A DNA stretch of 64,000 nucleotides. It comes from Thalia democratica. Its lineage: Eukaryota. This document shows positions 13,825 to 26,654 of the stretch, piece by piece. Both the position numbers and the translations under genes were made by a program. Location: assembly GCA_965202585.1 (NCBI GenBank), contig OZ241826.1:94302001-94366000 (forward strand), in the 5' to 3' direction. The notes beneath the pieces were generated by a model that was not told where the DNA came from, ran no database searches, and was given only the letters and a program-made list of their open reading frames with translations. Position 1 is the first letter of the stretch; every line of letters starts with the position of its first letter.

Positions 13825-13940
13825 TTGATTAGACATTTTCAGATTGAGAGTTTTATTCAACACGTTTTTAAATCGAAATAATTGCGTTTGCATTAAACAC
13901 CGTGTTGAATAAAACTCTCAACCTGAAATTGTCTAATTAA
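13825..13940. repeat. Hairpin: 40-bp inverted arms with a ~36-nt loop
   Basis: ttgattagacattttcagattgagagttttattcaacacg / cgtgttgaataaaactctcaacctgaaattgtctaattaa. Confidence 0.9.
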
Positions 13941-14341
13941 TGATTAAAAATTAAGAATGGCTTTTTTTTTCTACTATTATGAGTGAGTGTTCATGATGTT
14001 TTACTAAAGTTTTTACTAACTTTGTTGAGTTTATAATTAGTTGATCTTTATAGACAGTATTTTTTCGTTCGTAAGTAGTTAAAGCTTAGTATTTTTTAGC
14101 TTAATAATTTAGATATCAATTTTTCAAATATTTAAGATAAATGAATGTTTAACTTAATGGAAGCAAACAGTAGTTTAAACTTATATAAATAATCTTGTTA
14201 AGGCTTGTTTTGAAAAATTATATAGTCTTAGCACATTTAAAAAAAGTTGTATTAATTTTCAATTTTTATTAATTTTATAAGGCTTATGTTTTGCATTTGT
14301 GGTTTTTATTTTTAATGTAACTAGGAATTTTAAATATCAAG

Positions 14342-14855
14342 TAGGGTACATGCCAATTATGCAAGAAGGAACATTTTTGCACAAAGACAAATTTCCACAA
14401 AGGGTCACTTATGCACGAACACATTATTCGACAAATGGAATTTATGTTTCATAAGTTTTGTTTAATTTATTTTTACTTAACGTTTATCCGTAACCCTTAC
14501 CTTCGGTCGGTAACCTAATTTCCTTCTTTTTTTGATTTGAAAATTCTAGTTTTTATTTTTTTTAGTATTTTTCAGTTTTATATTACTATCATGATAACCT
14601 TAACCCTTACCATCGGTCCGTATTTTTAAGTTTTTTTAATATATTTTTTAGCTATTATTTTATAATGACTTTTAATTGCTTACTTTTAATTTCTCGTTTT
14701 TAAATTTACTTTAACGGATAACCACAACCCTTACGTTCGGTAGGTAACTTTTTTTTTTTTTTTTATTAAACTATCTATTTTTTTCTCTTTTCAATTTTCT
14801 TTAACTTTTATTTTACTATCGTGCAAAAAAGATTCACGCTTAATAAACCTTTTCC
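14342..14855. mobile_element. Non-autonomous dispersed repeat with internal TAACCCTTACC..CGGT..GGTAAC motifs (possibly Helentron/DINE-like)
   Basis: Three motif copies (~14491, 14600, 14725), ttttgcac repeats on the left and gtgcaaaaa on the right; related copy at 45982-46505. Confidence 0.45.
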
Positions 14856-16440
14856 CATTTAAATAAATAAGCTAACTTACATATATTAATAAATTAGCTT
14901 TGATTTCTTACTAATTGTTCAAAAGTTGAATGTTGAATTTACAATTGTATACATTGAATAAAAAACAAAGTAAGTTTGTTGGTGTACTCAACAAATTAGT
15001 TAGCTAGTTATTTATTTGATCAATTATTTAAGTTGTAAATTCGTTTAATGCCAGAGTGACTTGGTATTTGTAAAACCATACACTTCTTAAGATCATGTTC
15101 TAAAATACAAGTGAAAGTATTTGTAATTAGATTAAGAATGTGCAATATTCTTCAAGTTTACACTTTAACTAATATAAAATAATCTGCTGGGTAGTTTTAA
15201 ATTAAAATACAATGAATTTTATCAAGTGTATCTCCCCTATTCTTATTTTAATCAATCTAGTTAAAGCTTTAGAATATGTTTTGTTTTACCAGTTAATAGT
15301 TATGCATTTTTTTAATTTTATATATTGATAAAATTTTAAATTCTTGTAAATAATTTGTTTTATAAATTACCAATGTGACTGTTTAGCAGAAGATCATTAT
15401 AAAATCATTAAAAACTGAAAACATTTTTAAAAATTTAGTTTACAATTGTTGATGCAAAACTAATTCTTTTTTGTTTGTATTTAATCTACTGAAATCATTA
15501 TTTTAATTATTTTTAGCCCTCAGTACTTAGTTATAAATTTGAAATAAATTCCACATATCTTTAGCTGTTTTTTTTTATTGATATAATAATGAAATTTTTA
15601 TTGACATAGTACTATTTCTTTAATAATTTTAGAGTAGGGTTTCATAATAAGGGCAGTGAAGTATCTTAAGGGTTGAGTTTAGCTTTTAGCAGGATTACAA
15701 AAAAAAAGGGAAAAGTAATTAAATGACTTACTGACTAGTAAGGGATAAATAATGAAATAGGGGGATGTTTAATACTAAATTTATTTACAGGGCTACTTAA
15801 TGGTTATATTTCTACCTACAAGCACAATTACACTTAAATTTACTTAAATTATTTAAAAATATCATTTTTATTTTAATTTAAATTTCTAGAATACTTATTT
15901 TTTTTTTCAATGCAACAGGTATACTATAGATAAAGTTAAGTTAGTTAGCTAAACTGAACTAAACTAAAATAAGTTTATCTAATGCTGCTGTTGACCAAAA
16001 TGTTTTATCATTATTACTCATTGCTGTTTAGTTACATTTTCAAAAAATCAGGACAGATTTCAAATTTAAAACTTTTATTTCAAAAAACTATATAAAGATT
16101 TTGTTTTTATTTTTACACATAGATTTTTTTATCATGAGTTAAATCAATATTTGGAGCTCTATCCTGATATTTTATTTATACTTTTTTACTATTAAAGCTG
16201 ACAACAAATTTTACCTTAACAGTTTTATAAATAGTTAAGTTTCTAATACAAAACTATTATAAATCCCTGTTTTTGCTTAAGTAAGCATTAATAGAAATTA
16301 CTATAGTGTGACATAAACATTTCAGTGTTTAGTATTTTAGTAACAATAACTTAAACTTAAAAACTAACAAATTTTATTAGATAAACAACAGTTGTACTTA
16401 CAAAACTAGACATTTCAGTGGTGCAGTAGACTAGTATATA

Positions 16441-16510
16441 GTAAGTTAAAAAAACTATATATATAAATTTCATTAATCAGTAAAATTAATTTGTTTACAC
16501 TTTTTTACAG
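16441..16510 (+). other. Probable 70-nt 5'UTR intron of the UBL5-like gene
   Basis: gtaagt at 16441 and ttttttacag ending at 16510, 16 nt before the ATG. Confidence 0.6.
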
Positions 16511-16526
16511 AATCTTATAATAAAAT

Positions 16527-16757
16527 ATGATCGAAGTTGTATGCATCCATCGTCTTGGCTTTAAAATCCACGTCGAAATAAGCGAACATGACACTGTTGG
16601 CGACCTCAAGAAGATTATTGAAGCTAAGACTACAGTCAGTCAAGACTTGATCGTTTTAAGGAAGTTGGGCGTTATCTTAAAAAATCACATACAGTTAGAT
16701 GATTATGAGATAGACGATGGACCAAATCTTGATATGTTGTATTTAGGACGTAGTTAG
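16527..16757 (+). CDS. UBL5: Divergent ubiquitin-like protein 5 (Hub1) paralogue, 76 aa, intronless CDS
   Basis: Gap-free match to the UBL5 pattern MIEVVC..RLG.K..V.....DT(I/V)GDLKK.I.A.T......IVL.K...I.K.H..L.DYEI.DG.NL. Confidence 0.9.
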   Translation: MIEVVCIHRLGFKIHVEISEHDTVGDLKKIIEAKTTVSQDLIVLRKLGVILKNHIQLDDYEIDDGPNLDMLYLGRS

Positions 16758-19099
16758 TATGAAATAATTTATTCGCTATACGATTTAATAAAATAAGAAG
16801 CAAAAATAAGTTTATACAGATATAATACTAGTTATTTTATGTTTCATGTATTTTATTTTAATGTTTTTAAGTAACTTTAAAAAGATTATTTTGAAAATTT
16901 GTATATTTTTCTGAATATTTATTTTATAAAATTTATAAAAAAATTTAAAGTTAAGTTATAACATTTTTACTTCAAAACAAAACACAATACTAATTTTTGT
17001 AAATAAAGTTCGCTTACAGAAATTTATGGTTTGCTGAAAGGATTTGGTTTGTTCATTGGCCATTATTACTCAAGTAAGACCTGGTAATTTTCAGTGTAGT
17101 AATTTTTTTATCTTTTAGTTTTTCATTTACTGTCAAATAGTTGTTTGAATTCTACCTAACTACTTACTACCTCTAACAAATTTTAAACTTCGAAAACTTT
17201 TATTTTTATAATTCAACACCATTGCATACAAGATTTATAAATTCCAAGTTTTTCCAGTTATTTTTAACTTCTTATAGTATAGACATTTCCTTATTTTGGC
17301 AAAATTTTTAAATTTCTGGTTTTTTTGGTTTTAAAGTTTTTTTGGTTAACTTGTTTAAAATTGCTTATAGATATTAATTTTATGTAAAAAAAAAAATTAT
17401 GCCTTTAAAATGCATAAGCTTTATGTTTATCATAAAAACATTAAAATACTAAATTAATTTATTTTAAAAATTAAAATAAATGTTTACTTTAAAAATTTCA
17501 AATTCTGTTTCAAGGAGTTAAAAGCTGAAACAATCAAAAAAATCATCAGTATATAATTAGTCTACTGAATGAAAATTTAAAAACTTGATAAACTTGGTAT
17601 AAGTTTTCCTTGCTTTTTCTTCAATTATATATGTTTAGTAAATGTTTGACAAAATAAATAACTAATCAGGATATCTTCTTTGAAGCATTTTTTTTACTTA
17701 TATCAAATCTTTACTGACAACTTTTCTTAGGCTTCAACCAAAAGTATTTCTTATTTTATAGTAATATTACTATTAAGGATTGTTGTAAACTTTAACTATC
17801 TAATGCTGTCCTTAATCTTAAAAAACTTCTTTTTGGAGGTACATATACAAGGGTTAATATTTTTTTATTATAGTCCCGTCTATAGTAACTACAAACTTAT
17901 TCCTAGCTTATCTATCTATATATATGTATATATATATATAGGTACTTGAACATTCCCATTAGCTGCATATGTATAACTAATAAAAAAATAGATGTAACAA
18001 TTCTAAAGCAGTACAACTGATCCGTTTTAGTTTATTAACTGTATATATGTATAATAATTCTCTATATGTTTGCATGTTTAAAAAAGTAGTTCAAGTATTA
18101 AAACATCTGTAATAAACTTGGGCATATTAATATAATATTTTAAATGTGTTTTCATGGTTAAAAGACTGATATAGTAAAACAATATAAAGAAAATTGATTA
18201 AATATGTATAAACTAAACAGTAATAAAATTATAGTATGTAGTTAGAAATCACAAATAAATTATTAAAAAATATTAAAAAAGAATTGTTACGTTGTGTTTA
18301 GACAAAACATACATAAAATCTTTTTTAAAATAGTTATTTTAATTTTAACCTTTGATAAACTTTAGGCTTTACATAAGTAAAAGATATAAAAGGATATTTA
18401 TTAAATTAACAGAACTTTTTTTGCTTGGTTGAAAAACCTTTTTTTGTTTCCTAAGCTAATGCAGAACGAAGCTGCTATTTTTTTTAGACTAACTTTTTTT
18501 ATGATATTTAAAATTTTATTACTATTATTCAAATATTAAAATAACTAAGAAAACTTATGCTATAAATGTAAGTATAAGTGTTTAACAAAATTATTTTGTT
18601 TAATTTAGAAATTTATTAATTTAAGGAACTTTTAGATAAATATTGTAATTATCTAGAAGGTGTATGTAATAAATGTGACTCTTAGTACACAATTTTTTTT
18701 TTTTTCTAATTAACAAACAATATAAGCATGTTTTTAATTGCTTTAGTTGATACTTATACTCGGTAGAATCTATTATATATTAAAAAAAAAATAGTTTTAA
18801 CTTTTTAATAAAACTTTGTGTAAAATTTGACCTGACGACAGCTCTTAAAACTGTCTTAGTTAAACATTACTTGTTGGAAACCCATGGCAAACAAATATAC
18901 ACAATAAATAACTATTATAAAAATATTTCAAGCATAGATAAAAATGTTTACATATGCTAAATATAATACGTCATTCTACAAAAGCATGACTACATTACTA
19001 AAAGACTATCCTTTGAATTCTAGCAATAGTTTTGAAACTATGATTTTTTATAGAAGTATTAATAGATTTTAGTACAGAAAATTACAATTGCTTACTAAA

Positions 19100-20190
19100 A
19101 AAATTACCTATGAAAAAAACTCTATCGAATTAGATGCTCATACTATAATGACATTACGTAACAATGTCATTATTGCCACCAAGGCTAGGAGCCTCATTGA
19201 TTCCCTTCGAAATTGCCTTGGCCTCAGGCTCGGTAAGCTCTTCAGATTTCAGGTTAGCAGTCGCAACGACTTATTTCGGTTTGAGACCGCGTGCGCGAAG
19301 GTTTTAGTTTTAATTTTTTCTTAGGGGTTTTAAAGACATAACTATATAATGCATATAATTAGGTATAATTAAACATGGTAATGTTGATATATTATATACA
19401 AGTAACGCAATAACAGCCTACAATAAGTCTAAAACTTAAAGTCAATAGTCAAGAAGGAGAAACGTGCTCTGGATTCCTTATTTGATGTGTTACTGGTCTC
19501 CGATCGGTCAACTTTTGGTACTTGACGTTTAAATTGCTGGTCCATCTCGTGTACAGAGTCTTGATGAACATTTACTCAGTCTTCTTTCGATTCCTTCCGT
19601 ATGCGAAGCACGGCTATTAATAGACATTAGAGTATAAACATATATAAATATTTTGAAAAATAAGATTAAATATGAGAAACAACTTGTTCGTACAAATGTA
19701 GCTAAGGCTGACGCCACAGTCTGTGTGGGCTTATTCGACAAGACAAATATTCAATTTCGTTTACGCTATTGATGTTAGGTTCACTTGGCTTGATCCCACT
19801 CTGTGTGGGTGGACTTTATTGTAAAACTCAATATAGAGTTTTTTGGCAAAATATTATTGCTGTGGACTTTGTTTCGTCGACGCCAAAGAATGCGTGGGCT
19901 TCTTTGATTATGCTACTGTTCAAGTCTTCTTTGCTTAAAAGTTAGTGTTGGATGCCTTGTTTCGTATGATGGCGGCAATTGCTATAGGCATCTGTAGAGC
20001 AGAGTGGCGCTTCGTGCTTGTTTCGATGTAATTGACCTAATTCACGCTCTGATTTGGCGTATTTCTAGTTTTTCGATTCTTTGCCTGGAATTTTCCATGG
20101 ACTTTGGACTTGTAGATCACGCAATCTCTCATTTTCCCTTAGCTAACACTCGCAAACAAGTATTTCCAGTTCAATCAAGAAATTAAAAAC
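19100..20190 (-). pseudogene. Decayed coding-like GC-rich island of unknown family
   Basis: Minus-strand pieces such as LRENERLRDLQ, MENSRQRIEKLE, AKSERELGQLHR and ANLKSEELTEPEAK are broken by stops and frameshifts; possible intron ~19695-19620 (gtacga...aatag). Confidence 0.35.
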
Positions 20191-20952
20191 ACAAGGCTCA
20201 GTTTGAGGCACCCAATTTTTATGTATACCAAAAGCCTTATAATGTTAAATTTGAATATACATATACTTTTTTATATTACTGTAAATAAAAGTATTTAATA
20301 ACTATATGACCTTAAACTTCAATTATAAGAAGTTGTAAATCTAAATCATCAAAATATTCTTTATTTCACTAATTCTTTATTCCTACTTCATTCCGTAGTT
20401 CCTAACCAAATTTTCTAAAAAATAATTATTAAAAACTACCTATATCAATAGTTTTAGAACTAAATTCTTGTCAACAAGAGTGTAAGAAACCTTAGCAATC
20501 ACAAGCTAAAACTTAAAAAATCTCTAATTATTAACGATTAACATATAATTTTAAAAACGTGACAGTAATCTAGTTATAAATATTGTAATATGAATTATAA
20601 ATTGTAGAAAAAACATTTTTGAATGTGTAATAAGGTAGTACAAAATAGAAATACCAAGTTAAGAAAATATTGTTTTTTTTTTGTTTGTCCTTCAATTCAT
20701 CCTATCAATTTAAAACCATATGTCGAATTCCTTTAATTATAAAAAGTTTTGTACCTTTAATGCTATCTTAATGTTTAATGATCAATAACTTGTTGAATAC
20801 TTGTAGAATAATAAAGACTATAGCTGATTTTTAGTGTTTATATTTATACTTCTTTTTTTTTTCAGATTATACATTTTTAATAAATTATTAAACTAAATTG
20901 ACGAGGAGTTATTCTTCATGTAAAATCTTTTCAACAACTTGAGAAAAGTAAA

Positions 20953-23321
20953 ATGGTTGTAGTTAAGTGCCCAATCCGTGGATGCGAGTTCAAGACGCCA
21001 TATCTATCCGGTGATGTAGTGAGGAGCCTTCTCAACCTCCACAAAGTGGAGCATCAGCAAGATTCTGGGTTATCCAATAACTGAGTAATGCCAAATGCAC
21101 CTCGACTGATTTGATTAAGGGTTGACCGGGAGATCAGCCAAGAGACATGGCTTGCTTTTATTCGGAGGTGGGAAGCATTCAAGATTGGTTCAAATATAAG
21201 CAACCAAAATGCAAGCATAAAGCTTTTTCAGTGTGCGCAGGACAAGGTTGGCGATCTTATGTTAGCAAGTGATCCTCGACTGATGGCCAAATCAGAAAGT
21301 TACGTTGCAAAACTGATGGATTCGATTGCAGTCATAAAAGTTGCTGTTGGTGTAAAGAGAGCAGAACTTATGAACCTACATCAGGAACAAGATGAACCGT
21401 TTAGAACGTTTGCCACACGTGTACGAAGCAAAGCAGACACCTGCAATTTCACTACAGTCAGTGAGTGTGATTTTGGGAAAAGCACTTTGACGAGCTACAC
21501 AGAAGAAGCAATAAAAGACGTGATGCTCGCTGGCGTTGGGGATGATGACATAAGAAGAAAAGTTCTCATTACTGAAGATATCTTATCCCGGTCATCATTT
21601 GATATAATTTCCTTTATTGAAAGTAAAGAAATGGGTCGCCATGCAACTGAGAATTTTTGGACTATATCTGCAGTCTCTTCCTTTCAACGTCAGAAGAAGA
21701 GACGTGTCAACATAGGGAATAAGTCCCAACATGTTCCTTGCGAGAACTGTAAAAAGCTTTTCTATCCTTTCAACGAAAAAGGTAACCGAAATAAAAAGCG
21801 TTTCAGATATTGTCTATCTTGTTGGCGTAGTCAATCAAAAAAAGGTTAATGCTGTTCAAATCCAAGCTGATCATTCTGATTTTATGCAACAAGATACCCA
21901 AATAATGTCACAAACGCAACTAAAAGAATCATGTTGAATAACAACATATTCAGCAAGAACTCCTTGCGTAAAGCCAAGGCAACGACTGATCATCCTCGTG
22001 CATCAGTCAAGATTGCTAGACATGGCACAAAAAAGTTTGCATGGGTAAGTGCTTTAGCTGATACTGGAGCACAGTCGAACTTTGTGGGGTGGAAAAACTT
22101 TCAGGAGGCTGGTTTTTGTAAGAAGGATTTAATGCCTGTATCCATCACAATTCGGGCTGCCAATAAAATTTCCTATTAACATTCTAGGGGCTTTCGAAGC
22201 TAATTTTAGCGGAATGTCTCCGAAGAAGGAGGTTATCAGATGTGATGGAATTGTTTATGTAAGCGATTCAGTGACTAGATTCTCTTCTCGTATGAAACCA
22301 TGGTTAACCTCCTGATTATCAATAAGGATTTTCCCACCATTGGATCTAAACTGCCTCTTCAGCATTCTGAAGTTGCTGTAAGTTCAAATGAAAATGATCC
22401 GAATAGACTGGACTCGCATAGAGATGTGACCTGTGATTGCCCGCCAAGGAGTAAAGTGCCAGACCGACCAAACAAACTTCCGTTTAAGGCAAAAATTACA
22501 AACGTGAGCAAAATGCGTGATTGGCTCTTACAAAGGTACGCAGCTTCAACGTTTAATGTATGTCCACATAAATTACTCCAGCAAATGACAGGGCCTCCAC
22601 TTGAGATACATTTGGATGATGATGCTTGTCATACACCAGCTCACGTGCCAATTCATTGGCGGAAACAGGTTGAAGCAGATCTCATTCGAGATGTGAGGTT
22701 GGGTGTCTTGGAACGTGTCCTATTTATTGAACCTGTAAGCTGGTGTCACCACATGGTGGTCACCTAGGAGGACAGTAGATCTCTCACCACTAAACAAGTA
22801 TTGCAAGAGGGAGACAAAAGCTACAGATACTCCGTTTAAACTAGCGCGCAGAATTTCAAAGGGAACGTTCAAGACTGTAACAGATGCATGGAACAGGTAT
22901 CATGGAGTTCCACTGAGAGAAAGTTATAAACACCTCACTACATTTACCACTCCGTTTGGCAGTTTCCGATATACTTGAGCACCTCAAGGCTTTGTATCAT
23001 CTGGTGATGGTTACAATCGACGATTTGCAGCTATTTTATCTGATTTTGAAAGAAAGGAGAGATGTGTTGATGAAACCATATTTTTTGATTCAGAATTAGA
23101 GTGTCACTGGTGGCAAACAACAGATTTTCTGTCAAAAGATGGCAATGCAGGCATCATTCTAAATCCCAAGATGTTCCAGTTTTGTCAAAAGTCCGTTGAT
23201 TTTGCTAGATTTAGAATTTCTGATGAACGTATAGAACCTTTGCCCAAATATCTGGATTCCATTCGCAATTTCCCAACCCCAAAGTCTGCCACAGATATAC
23301 GTAGCTGTTTGGTCTGATAAA
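20953..23321 (+). mobile_element. Decayed, 3'-truncated Ty3/gypsy LTR retrotransposon (gag-protease-RT)
   Basis: Gag-like MVVVKCPIRGC..., aspartic protease ALADTGAQSNF (~22051), RT motifs PVHWRKQVEADL, TDAWNRYHGVPL, PQGFVSSGDGYN, CVDE and FPTPKSATDIRS. Many stops and frameshifts; no RNase H, integrase or LTR found. Confidence 0.9.
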
Positions 23322-24480
23322 TCAAACAAAAACTAAATCGTAAACTTAAAAGTTTTTAAACTATTCTTTTTTGCACACTAATAGAAAAGAGCAAATGCAT
23401 CACAATCCTAGTTTTAAAAATATCTTATCAATTACAACCTCTACATCAGGGTTTCCTAAACTTATTTTTCAAAAGGCTTCATTTTAATAAATTAATGGCC
23501 TCCAACAACATGTTTACTAAAATACTACCATTAAAAACTGTCAGCATCTTTAGAACATATAGTGTAAGTTAAAAAACTACCAGTTTTTTTTTTGGAGTCA
23601 AAAAAATTCTAGTGTAAGTTACAAAACTAGTAGTTTTTTTTTTGGTTTTTGGTCTTCATCTGCAGTTCAAGAAATTCTAGTGTAAGTTTCAAAACATGAC
23701 CTCATGGCCCACCTGTGGCTCCTTTACTGCTCCATAAGTAGTAAAGGGACCACAAGGGGCCATAAGGTCATAATTTGAATTTATTTTGGAGTTAATGATA
23801 AAAAGCAAAAATTCAAGGAAAAATTAGGAGACCATAAGCTCTTAAAGTGACGCCACAATGCCATGATTTAAAATTTACTTTAGATATTATGAAGTTGATA
23901 ATGAAGAGCAAAATTAAAAGGTCTTAGGCTTTTTCAAATCTAGTTTTTAGAAAAATCTTGTCGTAGGGAGCCGTAATTTTTTTTAATATCTAAAAGTTGA
24001 TTCTTAAAATGAATAAAAAATTGGAAACGCTAATTAGAGTTAAAGTCGAAAAAAATGAAAATAAATCAACAGTTTGAAAGACATATTTCTTAATATATAA
24101 CGTTTTCAATTATACAGGGTTGCCAAAAACCTGTAGTTCAGGAAATTCCTGTAATTTCACAATTTAGGCTAAAGAAACCTGGAAAAGCCTTAAAATTAAG
24201 AAATTTTGAAGAAAAAATAAATAAAACTTTAATAGAAATCATAATAAAAAATGGATTTTTAAACAATATTTACATGTTAAATTGTAAAATTAGTAAGACC
24301 ATACTATATAAATCAAATAAAGTATAAAAAGTTACCTAAAAAATCTACGATAAAGATTAAAAGTATTTTATAATCATCAAAAAATTATTTATTAAAAAAA
24401 CAAATAAAGTAGCCTTACATTATCTTTTTAATGTTGTTGTACTACTTGAAACAGTTTTTTACCTTAAACTTAAGTTTTAA
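23322..24480 (+). repeat. Duplicated module W, direct repeat of ~26085-27480
   Basis: ttgcacactaat...caaaaggcttcatt...gtcttcatctgca...acctgtggctcc and the downstream blocks recur. Confidence 0.85.
24115..24480 (+). mobile_element. CAGGGTTGCC-family MITE, right end lost
   Basis: Starts cagggttgccaaaaacctg; body matches the other copies. Confidence 0.7.
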
Positions 24481-25174
24481 TTAAGGATAGATATACTCAA
24501 AAACGTGTACTTTTTATACCCAATAATTGTAAATTCCCATTGTTCATTAATATAACCTCAGTCTTAAAAAGATAAGACGAATAGTAAAAGTAGCAGAAAA
24601 TGACAAATTTTTCATGCAGGTTAGTATATTACTTGTGTTTTTGTTGTAAATGTTTTCTGTATAATCACGTAAAAAAAATAAAACTGTTTTTCTTTAAAAT
24701 TTTGATTTAAAATAGGATTTTAACTAATTTTTAGTTAAAATATAGTTGAAATTCACAATAAATAGATTATGATTAAAATACAAAAATTTCTATTGTTAAT
24801 TTATTATGAATTGTGTTAAGTTATTCCTAAACAATTATTATCAAAAACCACACTCATTCACTTAATTGATTTATATTAAAAAATAGTGCAATTAAATTTG
24901 TAAAGTCACTATCCTGGTATAACGATTTCACTGTATCGTTTTTGGTCTCACCCAAACATTAAAAAGCAGCATCGTTAAAAGATGCATATAAACAACCTAC
25001 TAACAAAAGCTTACTTATAGTTAAGTTCAATTTAATTTAAGCCTGTTACTTAAAATATGTTTGCTTTAAATTCTTTAATAATAGGGTACATATAAATCTT
25101 TAATTGGGTATTTTAGTTTTTAAATATAAAAATTCCACATTTCCTTAGTTTTAAATTCACATTCATAACCAACT

Positions 25175-25568
25175 CAGGTTTGCAAATTACCTGGAAAAAT
25201 CTGGGATTTAACAATATAGGCTAAAAAAAATTAGGAAATACCTTGATTTGAAAAAAAACCTGGAATTTTGTACAAAAATCACTAAAAAAATCTGGAATTT
25301 AAACAGTTTTCACATATTCAGTAGTAAAACTTTGGTTGAACTAAAAACTCTATTATGTAAATTAAATGTGTTTTTCATCACCAAATAAAAAAAAAACATT
25401 TTAAAAAAAGCTTTACAGTATCTTTTCAATGTTTTAATACTATCTAACACAGTTTTTTACCATAAACTAAATTTAAAACTAAAAATAGACCTAAAATGTT
25501 AATTATAAAAACCTGGAAGAAATTTAGAAAACCTGGAAACATTTTTGAAAAAACAAGAGGCAACCCTG
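25175..25568 (+). mobile_element. Complete 394-bp MITE, TIR CAGG(G/T)TTGC(C/A), 6-bp TSD CCAACT (hAT-like by inference)
   Basis: ccaact|caggtttgca ... ggcaaccctg|ccaact. Confidence 0.85.
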
Positions 25569-26654
25569 CCAACTTTTTAAAAACAGCTTGATAACAAAGT
25601 CTTTATAAAAAAAACTATTAAACCTAGCAGTTCACAAACTAATGCTTTTGCACTCAAATGGTTAACATTAAATAAATGAAAATTCAAGTGTAGAATATTT
25701 TAACAATAAAAGCGTGTAAATTTTTAAAAAATTATTATTTTGTACTATTTAAATATATAACTAGTACTTATATGTGTATTTATATAAGTAACCTTACTTG
25801 TGCATATGAATGTAATAAAATATGACTTATCTTCAAGTTTTGGCTATAGTTTTTAAGTGACCACATGCTTTAAGGATGTGTTAATTTTTATGGCCAACTT
25901 ATAGTTACAGTTTATTTATTTTAAGCACTGTCAATGAAATCTCCATTGCTTAAAGTTCTTTAATAAGAGATTACAAACAAATAAGTTTGTTTGAATTTAT
26001 AGATATAAAAAATTAATGTTCCTTTATTTTTTATTCAATGTTCTTAAACCATCTTACTCATTTTTAAAGCAGCATTATCTTACAACAAAACCTAAATCTT
26101 GAAATTAGAACTTTTCAAACTATTATTTTTTGCACACTAATGTAAAAAAATGCATGACAATCCTATTTTCAAAGAAATTTTTGCATTTTCAACCACTAGA
26201 TCAGGTTTTCCTAAACTTTTTTTTTCAAAAGGCTTCATTTAATGAAATTAATGGCCTCCTACAACAAGTTAACTAAAAAGTTTACTAAAAACCATCAGAT
26301 ACTCCAGAATATCTAGTGTTAGTCTCCAAACTACGAGACTTTTTTGTTTTTTTGTCTTCATCTGCACTTCTAGAAAATCTAGTGTATATTTCAAAATATG
26401 ACATCATGGTCTACCTGTGGCTCCTTAAGTGCTCCTGCTCCTACCCCCCTTGCTGCTCATAGTCCCAAAGGGGCTGCTTTGCCCACTTTTGGCAAACCTA
26501 CCCTAGATTCATAAATGCTGACACTATTAAAAACTCTTCAAAGCAAGTTTTATTTATTGATAGGGAACAAGTACAGTTTAATAATATTCCAAGTTATTAG
26601 TTTTATATTGAACTAATTAAGGCAAAGTTTCCAAAGCGAGCTAAGTGGTCCCCT

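Noticed and set aside
14491-14750. Telomeric repeats (TAACCC)
   Set aside because: The motifs are single and spaced, not tandem arrays.
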